From assembly GCA_964291395.2 (NCBI GenBank), contig OZ219856.1, positions 576,001 through 640,000 of the forward strand: DNA of 64,000 bases. Reading direction: 5' to 3'. Shown here piece by piece: positions 18,429 to 28,063 of the stretch. Position numbers and translations under genes: made by a program. The notes beneath the pieces were generated by a model. The model saw nothing but the letters and a program-made list of their open reading frames with translations, was not told where the DNA came from and made no database searches. Position 1 is the stretch's first letter. Each line of letters begins with the position of its first letter. The stretch comes from Alphaproteobacteria bacterium. Lineage in GTDB: Bacteria; Pseudomonadota; Alphaproteobacteria; UBA2966.

Positions 18429-19598
18429 CTAAGCCAGGGCCGACTTCAACGGGTCCACGAGATCGAGACGCTCCCAGGAAAATCCGCCGTCGGGCTCGGG
18501 CGCGCGGCCGAAGTGGCCATAAGCGGCCGTACGCTCGTAGATCGGCTTGTCGAGCTCGAGTCGTTCGCGAATACCTCTCGGGCTGAGGTCCATGACGTCC
18601 GCCAGCGCCTTCTCCAGCCTTTTCTGGTCGACTTTGCCGGTGTCGTAGAGATCCACGTAGACGGCGAGGGGCCGCGCGACGCCGATGGCGTAGGCGACCT
18701 GGATGCCGCAGCGGTCCGCGAGTCCGGCGCCCACGACATTCTTGGCCAGATACCGGGCGGCGTAGGCGCCCGACCGGTCGACCTTGCTGGGATCCTTGCC
18801 CGAAAACGCGCCGCCGCCGTGGAGGGCCGCGCCGCCATACGTGTCGACGATGATCTTGCGTCCGGTCAGGCCGCAATCGCCGTCGGGTCCGCCGATGACG
18901 AACCGGCCCGTCGGATTGACGTAGAACCGGTCCTCTTCGCACATCCAGCCGTCGGGCAGCGTGTCCAGGACATAGGGGCGGACGATGTCCCGAACTTCGT
19001 CCTGATCGATGTCGTCGCTGTGCTGGGTGGAGACGACCACGCACGTCGCCCGCACGGGCATACCGTTCTCGTATTGCAACGTGATTTGGCTCTTGGAATC
19101 GGGGCCCAGCTTGGGTTCTTTGCCCGCGTGCCGCGCGGCGGCCATGGCGCGCAGGATGTTATGGGAGTAGTAGATTGGCGCGGGCATCAATTCGTCGGTC
19201 TCGCGGCAAGCGTAACCGAACATCATTCCCTGATCGCCCGCGCCTTCGTCTTTGTTGCCGCGGGCATCGACGCCCTGCGCGATATCGGTCGACTGCTCGT
19301 GGATGAAATTGCGGATGTCCGCCTTCTCCCAGTGGAAGCCATCCTGTTCATAGCCGATTTCGCGGACACAGTTGCGGGCCAGTTCGACCATGCGGTCCTT
19401 GGTCACCGAGGCGGGGCCGCGTACCTCGCCGGCCATGACGATCTGGTTCGTGGTGGCCATGGTTTCGACGCCACAACGGCTGTCCGGATCCTCGGCCATG
19501 AAGGCGTCGACGATGGCATCCGAGATCCGATCGCAGACCTTGTCGGGATGTCCTTCCGAGACGGACTCGCTCGTGAACAGGTAGGTTGCATGTGTCAA
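18429..19598 (-). CDS. metK: S-adenosylmethionine synthetase
   Basis: [59 protein letters not shown]. Likely TTG start after GGAGGAG. Confidence 0.97.
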   Translation of the reverse strand: MTHATYLFTSESVSEGHPDKVCDRISDAIVDAFMAEDPDSRCGVETMATTNQIVMAGEVRGPASVTKDRMVELARNCVREIGYEQDGFHWEKADIRNFIHEQSTDIAQGVDARGNKDEGAGDQGMMFGYACRETDELMPAPIYYSHNILRAMAAARHAGKEPKLGPDSKSQITLQYENGMPVRATCVVVSTQHSDDIDQDEVRDIVRPYVLDTLPDGWMCEEDRFYVNPTGRFVIGGPDGDCGLTGRKIIVDTYGGAALHGGGAFSGKDPSKVDRSGAYAARYLAKNVVGAGLADRCGIQVAYAIGVARPLAVYVDLYDTGKVDQKRLEKALADVMDLSPRGIRERLELDKPIYERTAAYGHFGRAPEPDGGFSWERLDLVDPLKSALA

Positions 19599-19667
19599 TT
19601 GTGGCTCCTCCGGCACGGCCCGGAGCCTCTGTTCCCGGACCGGACAGGCTTGTTCGCGCTTTTCGCC

Positions 19668-20660
19668 TCACATGGTCAGAATGATTTTTCCGATGTGCGT
19701 CCCTTCGTCGATCCGCTCGTGGGCCTTGGCGGCGTCCGCAAGGGGGAAGGTCGAGTCGACGACGGGCTTGATCCGGCCGTTCTCGACCAGCGGCCAGACC
19801 TTTTCCTTCAACGAGTTCGCGATGTCCGCCTTCGCCTCGATGCTCTGGGACCTGAGCGTCGAGCCCAGAATGGACAGGCGCTTGAGCATCGTCGACATCA
19901 GATTGAGCTCGACCTTGTGACCGCCGAGAAAGGCAATGTGCACCAGTCGTCCCTCGGGCCGCAGCAGCGAAATGTTCTTCTGGACGTAGTCTCCCGCCAC
20001 CATGTCGAGAATGACGTCCATGCCGCCGGTCGGTTCCTTGAGCGCCTCGAGGAAGTCCTCCTCGCGGTAGTTGACGGCCCGTTCGGCACCGAGTTCCATG
20101 CAGGCGTCGCATTTCTCCTTGGATCCGGCGGTCGCGAAAACACGGGCCCCGAGCTGGCTCGCCATCTGGATGGCCGTAGTCCCGATGCCCGAGGATCCGC
20201 CATGCACGAGCAGTTTCTCGCCCGCCCGAAGGCCCGCCCGGTCGAAGACGTTTGTCCATACCGTAAAGAACGTTTCCGGCACCCCGCCGGCATGCTCCAG
20301 GCTGACCCCCTTCGGCACGGGCAGGACTTGAGGTGCGGGCGCCGGACAATATTCGGCATAGCCGCCGCCGGTCACCAGCGCACAGACCTCGTCGCCTTCC
20401 TGCCATTCGGAAACGCCGGTTCCAACCTTGACCACGGTCCCGGCGATCTCCAGTCCGGGGATGTCCGAGGCTCCCGGCGGCGGCGGATAGCTGCCTTGGC
20501 GCTGCATTACGTCCGGGCGGTTGACTCCCGCGGAGGCCACTTTCACCAGGACTTCCCCATGCGCCGGTTCGGGTACGGGCCGGGCGCCGGGCGTCAGGGC
20601 GTCGGGACCTCCCGGCTCGGGGACTTCAATACAATTCATGGTCTCCGGAATCGTGGCCAT
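19668..20660 (-). CDS. NAD(P)H-quinone oxidoreductase, PIG3 family (MDR)
   Basis: AGVNRPDVMQRQGSYPPPPGAS, PETFFTVWTN, VHGGSSGIGT, GSTLR, HIGKIIL. Confidence 0.92.
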   Translation of the reverse strand: MATIPETMNCIEVPEPGGPDALTPGARPVPEPAHGEVLVKVASAGVNRPDVMQRQGSYPPPPGASDIPGLEIAGTVVKVGTGVSEWQEGDEVCALVTGGGYAEYCPAPAPQVLPVPKGVSLEHAGGVPETFFTVWTNVFDRAGLRAGEKLLVHGGSSGIGTTAIQMASQLGARVFATAGSKEKCDACMELGAERAVNYREEDFLEALKEPTGGMDVILDMVAGDYVQKNISLLRPEGRLVHIAFLGGHKVELNLMSTMLKRLSILGSTLRSQSIEAKADIANSLKEKVWPLVENGRIKPVVDSTFPLADAAKAHERIDEGTHIGKIILTM

Positions 20661-20862
20661 TGGACTGTCTCGTCTGAGGGGATTCGGCGGGTGGGATGCG
20701 GCTGTTTACCCCGAAACCCGGCTTGGTGCAAACGGCGTCCATTCTCGGCGCCGCAGCGCCCGGGGCCCGCGTTGCGGCTCTCCGGTCCGGCACCTACCAT
20801 GACGCGATCCTCGCCCGTTTGAAGCGCAGCCGCGTTGGTTACCGCACGACAGGGGAAGCCCG

Positions 20863-21729
20863 ATGTCCAATCCCAGAATTCCGTTCCAGCTCTCCGCGAA
20901 CCGCCCCGAGCTGCCTCCCCCGAACGGCAAACCGACGATCGTTCAGATCACCGTCGCTGTGGAGTATTGGCCGTTCGACGAACCGGTGCCGCGCAAGATC
21001 GTCTCCGGGACACACGGTCAGGACCATCTCCCCGACGTCGCGAACTATTCCTGGAAGGAGTACGGACTGCGATGCGGATTTCCGCGCATCCTGAAGGTTC
21101 TGCAGGACAGGGGCATTCGGGCCAACGCCTGTATGAGTGCCGGGATCATCGATCTCTACCCGGAAGTGGCCGAGGCGTGCCTGGAGGCCGGGTGGGAGTT
21201 CCAGGGACATTGCATCCGTCAGAAGGGTCTGACCGCGGAGGACGAGGCCGAGGTCATCGCCGAATCCCGTGATCGGATCGAAGCGTTCGCGGGTGCTCCG
21301 CCGCGGGGTTGGATCGGCCCCGGGTTTCGCGAGACGTTCGATACCCCGGACATCCTGAAGGCCGCCGGATACGACTACGTATCGGAATGGATGCTCGACG
21401 ACTTGCCATGCTGGATGGAGACGCGACATGGTCCCTTGGTGGCCGTGCCCTATACCGTCGATCTCAACGACAGCATGATCTATGTCGTCGATCGTCATTC
21501 GTCTTCCGAACAATACGACCGGCTGATGCACAGTCTGGACGCGATCGACGCCGGGCTCGACGCCGGCCCGCGCGTCATCACGCTGCCGTTTCACGAACAC
21601 ATCATGGGCGTGCTTCACCGCATCGGTTTCGTGGCGAAAATGCTCGACGCGCTTCTCGTCCGCGACGACGTGATATTCATGACCGGCGGGGAAATCTGCG
21701 ATTGGTTTACCGAAGCGCAGGCGGCGTGA
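20863..21729 (+). CDS. Polysaccharide deacetylase-fold amidohydrolase (PuuE-like)
   Basis: NYSWKEYGLRCG, WEFQGH, PRGWIGPG, DDLP, VPYTVDLND, LPFHEHIMG. Confidence 0.85.
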   Translation: MSNPRIPFQLSANRPELPPPNGKPTIVQITVAVEYWPFDEPVPRKIVSGTHGQDHLPDVANYSWKEYGLRCGFPRILKVLQDRGIRANACMSAGIIDLYPEVAEACLEAGWEFQGHCIRQKGLTAEDEAEVIAESRDRIEAFAGAPPRGWIGPGFRETFDTPDILKAAGYDYVSEWMLDDLPCWMETRHGPLVAVPYTVDLNDSMIYVVDRHSSSEQYDRLMHSLDAIDAGLDAGPRVITLPFHEHIMGVLHRIGFVAKMLDALLVRDDVIFMTGGEICDWFTEAQAA

Positions 21730-21758
21730 ACGTGGTGGAGTCGGAACAGGGGAGAGGC

Positions 21759-21953
21759 ATGAGGATCGACGGTAAGCTCATTCGGGAGGAGGCCCGACAA
21801 AAGCACGGTATTGATCTCGACACCGATCGGGCGGACGAACTCGCCCGGGAAGTCGACCGCCTCAACACGGCCACGGCGGAGGCGGCCAAGTCGATCGACC
21901 TCAACGACGATCCGACCGTGTTTACCGCGGTGCTTCGCAGACTGCGGCGGTAG
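21759..21953 (+). CDS. Small (64 aa) protein, putative AtzG/GatC-like amidase accessory subunit
   Basis: ATG after GGAGAGG. MRIDGKLIREEARQKHGIDLDTDRADELAREVDRL..DLNDDPTVF, directly upstream of the amidases. Confidence 0.65.
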   Translation: MRIDGKLIREEARQKHGIDLDTDRADELAREVDRLNTATAEAAKSIDLNDDPTVFTAVLRRLRR

Positions 21954-21965
21954 AGGAGTCACATT

Positions 21966-23396
21966 GTGACCGACGACATCACCGGGATGTCGCTCAACGA
22001 CGTGTCTGCGGCGCTTCGGCGAGGCGCGGTCTCTTCAACGGAAGTGACTCGGGCTTGCCTCGCGCGGATCGAGAGCCAACAGCCGCGTATCAATTGTTTC
22101 GCATCGATCGATGCCGACGGCGCCCTATCCGCCGCTGCCCGCGCCGATGAGGAGATTGCGGCCGGCGGGTGGCGGGGCCCGCTGCACGGCGTGCCGCTCG
22201 CCCACAAGGACATGTTCTATCGGGCGGGCGAGGTCAGCGGCTTCGGCTCCAAGATCTGCCGGGGCTACGTGGCCGACGACACGTCCGCAGTCATGGCGCG
22301 CGTCGACGGGGGCGGAGCGATAGACCTGGGGCCCCTCCACATGACGGAGTTCGCCGTAGGCCATACGGGCGCTCACGAGCACCTTGGCACCTGTCGTAAC
22401 CCTTGGAACACGGAACACATCCCGGGCGGATCGTCCAGTGGTTCCGGCGCGTCGGTCGCGTCGAGGTTGGTCTACGGATCGGTGGCCTCGGATACGGGCG
22501 GTTCGTGCCGCCTTCCGGCCGCCATGTGCGGTGTCGTCGGCATCAAGCCCACTTTCGGCTTGGTGAGCCGTCACGGGGGCATGCCGCGCGCTTGGTCCCT
22601 TGATGTGTTCGGCGTTTATGCAAGGAGCGCGGACGACGCCGCGACATTGCTCGACGTCATTTCCGGCGGGGACGAACGGGATCCGACGACGCTCGATGCG
22701 CCCCGGTTCAAGAACGATGGAGGCTCGGCACCGGATGTCCGCGGACTCAGGATCGGGGTGCCGGTCGGAGAAGCGATATTCGAGGCCGAGCCGCCCCTGA
22801 AGCCCGCGTTGAAAGCGGCGCTGGAGCAGTTCGAGTCCTTGGGCTGCGAAATCGTGGAGGTCACGTTGCCCGATTTGCAGACGATCGGAGCGTTGTCCGG
22901 TACGATTCTGCTCGCCGAAGCGGCGGCCATCCATGATCAATGGACACGCGAGATTCCGGATCAGTACGCGGAGGCCGTGGTGTGGCGGTTGCAGCAGGGA
23001 CGTCATATCCCGGCGACGCGCTACCTGCAGGCGCTTCGGTTGCGGCCCAGGATCACGGAGTCATTCGTATCCGAGGTCTTCGCGACCGTCGACGCCGTCT
23101 TCACGCCAACCATCACGATGCCGGTTCCGGACTTCAGCAGTGCCCAGGCCTTCACCTCCGCCGAAGCGCCTTCGGCCATATTCGAGACCACGAAGTGCAC
23201 CGTATGGGCGAACTATCTGGGCCTGCCGGCGATCTCGATCCCCTGTGGGTTCACGGACGGCAATCTGCCCGTCGGCTGTCAACTGGCGGCGCGTCCGTTC
23301 GATGAGAGCACGCTTCTCGCGTTGGGACGTGCCTACCAGGCCTGCACCGGCTGGCACATAGAGCGCCCGCCCGACTCCGACGAGGCGGCGGCGTGA
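21966..23396 (+). CDS. Amidase-signature family enzyme (GatA/AtzE-like)
   Basis: GPLHGVPLAHKD, GGSSSGSG, ASDTGGSCR, GLPAISIPCG. Confidence 0.93.
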   Translation: MTDDITGMSLNDVSAALRRGAVSSTEVTRACLARIESQQPRINCFASIDADGALSAAARADEEIAAGGWRGPLHGVPLAHKDMFYRAGEVSGFGSKICRGYVADDTSAVMARVDGGGAIDLGPLHMTEFAVGHTGAHEHLGTCRNPWNTEHIPGGSSSGSGASVASRLVYGSVASDTGGSCRLPAAMCGVVGIKPTFGLVSRHGGMPRAWSLDVFGVYARSADDAATLLDVISGGDERDPTTLDAPRFKNDGGSAPDVRGLRIGVPVGEAIFEAEPPLKPALKAALEQFESLGCEIVEVTLPDLQTIGALSGTILLAEAAAIHDQWTREIPDQYAEAVVWRLQQGRHIPATRYLQALRLRPRITESFVSEVFATVDAVFTPTITMPVPDFSSAQAFTSAEAPSAIFETTKCTVWANYLGLPAISIPCGFTDGNLPVGCQLAARPFDESTLLALGRAYQACTGWHIERPPDSDEAAA

Positions 23397-24805
23397 GCCA
23401 CGCGCTGACCGATATGACGTTGGCCGAGGCATCCCAAGCGCTGCGCAGGCGCAGAGTGTCGTCCGTGGAGCTCGTCGGGGCGTGCCTGGCGCGCGCCGAA
23501 CGGGTTCAGTCGCTGCTCAATTGCTTCATCTCGATCGAGTCCGGGGAGGCCGTGGCCGCCGCCGAACGGGCGGATGCCGCGATCGCGCGGGGCGACTGGC
23601 GCGGTCCGCTGCACGGCATTCCGCTGGCCCACAAGGACATGTTCTACCGCGCCGGCAGGGTCGGCACTTTCGGCTCCAAGATTCTCCGAGACTATGCCCC
23701 GGATTACACCTCGACGGTCATGACGCGGTTGGCGGAGACCGGCGCCGTTTACCTCGGCAGCCTCAACATGGCGGAGTTTGCCACGGGGCCGGTGGGCCAG
23801 AACGATCACTTCGGCCAGACCCGCAATCCGTGGAACACCGACCACATTTCGGGAGGATCGTCGAGCGGATCGGGCGCGGCCCTCGCCGCCCGGGCGTGCT
23901 TCGGGTCGCTGGGCTCGGACACCGGTGGATCCTGCCGACTGCCGGCCGGCATGTGCGGTGTGGTGGGTTTGAAGCCCACCTACGGCCTGGTCAGCCGTCA
24001 CGGCGGGCTGGCGCGCTGTTGGAGTCTCGACTGCTTCGGTCCGTTGGCGCGAACCGCCCGCGATGTCGCCATGATCCTGCAGGTGATCGCGGGCCACGAC
24101 GAAAATGATCCGACGACCACGCGAGACGACGTTCCCGACTACCTTGCCGGGCTCGAAGGCGACCTGGACGGATTGAGAGTCGGGGTTCCCGGCAATCACC
24201 TCTACCCGGACGTAGACCTTGAGCTGAAGCCGATGCTGGAGGCGGCGCTGTCGGCACTTGAGGATCTCGGCTGCGAGCTGGTCGAGCTCGAGATGCCCGA
24301 CCCGGAACGGATCCACACGCTCGCCAATGTTATCAACAAGTCCGAGGCCGCAGCATTGCACGACGAGTGGATCCGCACGCGCCCGCAGGACTACTCGATC
24401 TCGGTCCGCTCCCGTCTGGAGGCGGGGTACTTCCTGCCGGCGACTCGGTACATCCAGGCTCAGCGGCTGAGACCGAGGGTGTTGTCCGCGTTCGATGAGG
24501 CGGTGTTCGCCCGTGCCGATGTTCTGTTCACGCCGGTCACGTCGATTCCCGTGCCACGGATCGAAGACGCCGGCATCAGCCGTTCCGCAGACGCGCCTCG
24601 CATCGTCGATGCGATTACCCGGTGTACGCGCTGGGTCAGCTATCTCGGGCTTCCGGCCCTCTCGGTCCCGTGCGGATTTACAGAGAAGGGACTTCCCGTT
24701 GGTTTTCAGGTCGTCGGCAAGCCTTTCGACGAATCCCTGTTGCTGAAAATCGCGAATTCGTACCAGTCGGGAACCGACTGGCATACCCGAACGCCGCCGC
24801 TTTAG
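23393..24805 (+). CDS. Amidase-signature family enzyme (tandem paralogue)
   Basis: GPLHGIPLAHKD, GGSSSGSG, GSDTGGSCR, GLKPTYGLVSR; 4-bp overlap with the previous gene. Confidence 0.93.
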   Translation: MSHALTDMTLAEASQALRRRRVSSVELVGACLARAERVQSLLNCFISIESGEAVAAAERADAAIARGDWRGPLHGIPLAHKDMFYRAGRVGTFGSKILRDYAPDYTSTVMTRLAETGAVYLGSLNMAEFATGPVGQNDHFGQTRNPWNTDHISGGSSSGSGAALAARACFGSLGSDTGGSCRLPAGMCGVVGLKPTYGLVSRHGGLARCWSLDCFGPLARTARDVAMILQVIAGHDENDPTTTRDDVPDYLAGLEGDLDGLRVGVPGNHLYPDVDLELKPMLEAALSALEDLGCELVELEMPDPERIHTLANVINKSEAAALHDEWIRTRPQDYSISVRSRLEAGYFLPATRYIQAQRLRPRVLSAFDEAVFARADVLFTPVTSIPVPRIEDAGISRSADAPRIVDAITRCTRWVSYLGLPALSVPCGFTEKGLPVGFQVVGKPFDESLLLKIANSYQSGTDWHTRTPPL

Positions 24806-24868
24806 CCCCTCGCTCTCCGGCGTAGCCGGGCAGGAGGAGCACCGGGCGTCATTCGCCGTTTTCGACGG

Positions 24869-25447
24869 CTATTTTTCGAGCATCTCCACATTCAAGCGGA
24901 TAGAGATGGCGCCGATATTGTACTTGCCGCCGGAATGGGGGACCGGGAGGCTCAATCGGCTTTGAAGTTCTCCGCTGGAGTTGTCATTTTCCAGATCGCC
25001 GATGAGAATTGATTTCGGACCTTTGCGATAGGTCTTTTCCCAGATGTCCTTCCGGCCGTGCCAGTAGTCCTCGGTCACGTCGCTCAAGCCCGCGCTGATG
25101 CCCCGTTCATCTATGACGATGATCTCCGCGTAGAGGCCTTGGCTTTCTTCCTTCTTCTTCTTGAGAAAGGCGGAGAGGCGGTTGCCCATCACCTCCGAAA
25201 TGATGGGCTGGGCCTCCCTTTCGAGCTCCTTCTTCCACTTCCTGTCCATCACCATGAGGGATCGGGTGTGTTCACCCGCGTGTTTGTCGTTCTGCACCTT
25301 CAACGTCGACTGGATGACGTCGGCCGTGAGCCAGGCTTTGACGGTTTCGGCATGCGCTTTGATGGCATGGGCGTATTCGTTCGCGGCTGCGGGGGATGCA
25401 TAAACGGCCAGCCAAACGGCGACCGCCAGGTATTGGGTGAAGCGCAT
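24869..25447 (-). CDS. Secreted hypothetical protein, possible stand-alone PDC/Cache-like domain
   Basis: Signal peptide MRFTQYLAVAVWLAVYASPAAA; DRKWK, EIIVIDERG..SDVTEDYW, IGAISI. Confidence 0.65.
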   Translation of the reverse strand: MRFTQYLAVAVWLAVYASPAAANEYAHAIKAHAETVKAWLTADVIQSTLKVQNDKHAGEHTRSLMVMDRKWKKELEREAQPIISEVMGNRLSAFLKKKKEESQGLYAEIIVIDERGISAGLSDVTEDYWHGRKDIWEKTYRKGPKSILIGDLENDNSSGELQSRLSLPVPHSGGKYNIGAISIRLNVEMLEK

Positions 25448-25646
25448 CTCGGACGACCTCCCTGTGTTCACCCGGTTCTTGCGACCGGTTGATTGGCTAG
25501 GTTCCGGAGCATGGCACCAGGTAACCGACATTTCACCACGCATGCACCGGGGAATCCAAGATGATCTGGAATATTCCGGCAATTCCCGTTTGGGTTTTTG
25601 GGGGGTAGGCATCGGACCCGTCGCCCGGCCGAAGAAAACGACACAT

Positions 25647-25738
25647 CCCCCTCCCGGCTTCCTCCCTTCAATGGGGGAGGAGCGCGAACAGGCGTCGGAC
25701 GGTCTACAACGATCTCCTTCTCCCTCGGAAGGGGGGAG
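25647..25738. repeat. Pair of C/G-rich REP-like palindromes
   Basis: CCCCCTCCCGGCTTCCTCCCTTCAATGGGGGAGGAG and CTCCTTCTCCCTCGGAAGGGGGGAG in intergenic DNA. Confidence 0.5.
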
Positions 25739-25859
25739 TGGACCCCGGTCCCTCCTCGACGAAACCCCTTGTGCCGTATTGAGCATGTCCTTGGCGCAGG
25801 GAAAGCTCCGGGACGCCCAACGGGTGTTGTCTCACCCACGAGGGTGCTGCCTTGATATC

Positions 25860-27095
25860 CTATTCCGCCGTCTTGGCCAGGTATTCAACGACGGTGTCCC
25901 GATCCCAGCCCAGCCATTCCTGCAGCGTTTCCTCGGTGTGCTGACCGAGCAGGGGCGGCGGCGCCATCTCGGCCTGCGCGCCCGACATGAGCCAGGGCGG
26001 ACCCACGACCCGAATCTTGCCGGACGCCGGATGGTCCAGCGTGCGGACCAAACCACGAAAACCGACCTGCTCGTCCTCGAGCGCTTCGAGATAGGTGTTC
26101 ACGCGGGCGTACGGCAGCTTCTCTTCCTCCAGAACCTTGACGCACTCGTCATAGGTGAGCTCCGCGACGCGCCGGGCGGTCCGCTCGTCGAGAAATTCCC
26201 GCGCGGCGACGCGGTCCGCGCCGCCGGCATACCGCGGATCGTCCAGAAGATCGACGAAGCCCATGGCCGTGCAGAAACGGGTCCAGTGCCGGTCGTTCTG
26301 GACGATCAGCGAAATGTAAACGCCGTCTTTGGTCAAGTAGGTGTTGGCGGGTACGCGCATCGGATTCTGATTGCCGTGGCGGCCGGGGTTGCGGCCGGCT
26401 TGCAGGGGCTCGCCCATGCGGGGGCCGAGCGCCGAGAGCGTCGCGTCCTGCATGGAGACGTCGATGTGCCGTCCCTTGCCGCTGCGTTCCACGGCATGAA
26501 GGGCGCTGACGATGGCGTATGCCGCGAACATGCCGGCCATGACGTCGGACAGGGGCGCGCCTACCATCGTTGGCGGGGAGTCGGGCTCGCCGTTGACCGT
26601 CATCAAGCCCGTGACCGCCTGGATCATGGGATCGAGAGCGTAGCGGTCCCGCGACGGTCCGGTCTGGCCGAAGCCCGCAAGGCTGCAGTAAACCAGTTTG
26701 GGGTTGAGTGGCCTCAGATCCTCCCAGCCCATGCCGAGGCGGTGGGCCGTTCCCGGGGAGAAGTTCTCCACCACGACGTCGGCGACTTTGGCGAGGTCCT
26801 GCCCGATGGCGCGGTCGCCCGGGTTCTTGAGGTCGAGAGCGATGCTCTTCTTCGAGCGGTTGGTGGCGTAGAAATAGTCCTCGTGGCCTTCGCGGCCGGG
26901 ATAGCGTCCCACGGACCGCAAATCGTCGCCGTGTCCGGGTCGTTCGATTTTGAGGACCTCGGCCCCGAGATCCGCCAGCATCAGCGTCGCGTAAGGGCCG
27001 GCGATGACTTGCGTCAGGTCGACGACGCGGAACCCGGCGAGGGGCGGAAGATCGTCCGGGCCTTCCGCCGCGCCGGTCAAGTCCTCTTCGGACAC
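25860..27095 (-). CDS. CaiB/BaiF family III CoA-transferase
   Basis: PLAGFRVVDLTQVIAGPYAT, NRSKKSIALDLK, ENFSPG, SDVMAG, PPPLLGQHT. Confidence 0.92.
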   Translation of the reverse strand: MSEEDLTGAAEGPDDLPPLAGFRVVDLTQVIAGPYATLMLADLGAEVLKIERPGHGDDLRSVGRYPGREGHEDYFYATNRSKKSIALDLKNPGDRAIGQDLAKVADVVVENFSPGTAHRLGMGWEDLRPLNPKLVYCSLAGFGQTGPSRDRYALDPMIQAVTGLMTVNGEPDSPPTMVGAPLSDVMAGMFAAYAIVSALHAVERSGKGRHIDVSMQDATLSALGPRMGEPLQAGRNPGRHGNQNPMRVPANTYLTKDGVYISLIVQNDRHWTRFCTAMGFVDLLDDPRYAGGADRVAAREFLDERTARRVAELTYDECVKVLEEEKLPYARVNTYLEALEDEQVGFRGLVRTLDHPASGKIRVVGPPWLMSGAQAEMAPPPLLGQHTEETLQEWLGWDRDTVVEYLAKTAE

Positions 27096-27107
27096 GGCGC
27101 CCCGGCG

Positions 27108-27896
27108 CTATTTGCCTTGCCAGACGGGATCGCGCTTCTCCCTGAAGGCCAGGATGCCTTCCTTGGAATCCTCGCTCTCCAGGACGCGGTCGGCGACTTG
27201 GCGGGCTAGCCGCAGGCGCGCCTCGAGCGGCAACTCCAGGCAACGGCGGGCGGCTTCCTTCAGGCCTTGCACGGCGAGCGGTGCGTTCGCGAGGATCTCG
27301 TCAGCCCAGCGCTCGGCCACCTCCAAGAGTTCGTCCTTGCCTCCCGTCACGACCTCGTTGCAGAGACCGAGCCGATAGGCTTCCTCGGCCGAAATTTGTT
27401 TACCTCTCAGCATGTAGCCCATGGCCGTCGGCCAGACCATTGCGTGGGCCCCCTGCGTCGGACCCGACACGGACGAGATGCCGCGTTTCACCTGGGGCCA
27501 GCCGATGCTGGCGTTCTCCGTCATCAGCACGATGTCGGAGCTCAGCGCGAAGCCCGCGCCTTGCGCCATACAGGCGCCCTGAAGCGCCACGATAATCGGT
27601 TTGTAGACCGTCCGCATGTACACGAAGAGCTCGTCGTTGGAATAGACGGTACCGTCATCGGCGTCGGGGTCCACCTGCTCCAGGAGGTCCTTTCCGGCGC
27701 AGAAGACCTTGCCTTCGGCATCGATGATCGCGAGCCAGATGTCCGGATTCGTCTTGATGTCGAACAGGGCGTTCTGGATCTCCCTGCGCATCTGGCGGGT
27801 GAGGGCGTTCGCCTTTTCCGGACGCTTCAGCGTGATGCGCGCGACGTGGTTCTCGACCTCATAGCTCGTTTGTTCGCGGTTGATGATGAGTGCCAT
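27108..27896 (-). CDS. Enoyl-CoA hydratase/crotonase-fold protein (atypical active site)
   Basis: ITLKRPEKANAL, FCAGKDL, KPIIVALQG, EGILAFREKRDPVWQG. Confidence 0.88.
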   Translation of the reverse strand: MALIINREQTSYEVENHVARITLKRPEKANALTRQMRREIQNALFDIKTNPDIWLAIIDAEGKVFCAGKDLLEQVDPDADDGTVYSNDELFVYMRTVYKPIIVALQGACMAQGAGFALSSDIVLMTENASIGWPQVKRGISSVSGPTQGAHAMVWPTAMGYMLRGKQISAEEAYRLGLCNEVVTGGKDELLEVAERWADEILANAPLAVQGLKEAARRCLELPLEARLRLARQVADRVLESEDSKEGILAFREKRDPVWQGK

Positions 27897-28005
27897 GCTT
27901 CGTCCTTTCCATTGCCGCGCGCTGGCGTCGTGCGAACCCGTCACGTCGCTGGAGACCCGACACGGACTCCTGCCGCCCCGTGGCGCCGGGGGCCGAAATT
28001 GAAAG

Positions 28006-28034
28006 CGGGAGGTGCGCGCTTTGCGCACCTCCCG
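28006..28034 (-). terminator. Rho-independent terminator downstream of dctP
   Basis: 12-bp perfect stem CGGGAGGTGCGC/GCGCACCTCCCG with 5-nt loop, followed by CTTTCAATTT on the minus strand. Confidence 0.7.
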
Positions 28035-28063
28035 TACCGGGGTGACCGGACTACGTCAAGTCC

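Noticed and set aside
19599-19667. SAM riboswitch upstream of metK
   Set aside because: The gap is only about 70 bp and I cannot recognise a SAM-II or SAM/SAH consensus
18351-20822. Very long antisense/alternative-frame ORFs (e.g. 823 aa here, 915 aa at 55305-58052, 745 aa at 49924-52161)
   Set aside because: They shadow well-supported genes on the opposite strand, are Arg/Gly/Pro-rich with no motifs, and are typical of high-GC DNA
21966-24805. Calling the amidases gatA and the small ORF gatC
   Set aside because: No gatB, two paralogues, and GGSCR plus other loops differ from GatA (GGSIRQPA, DEFAMGS)
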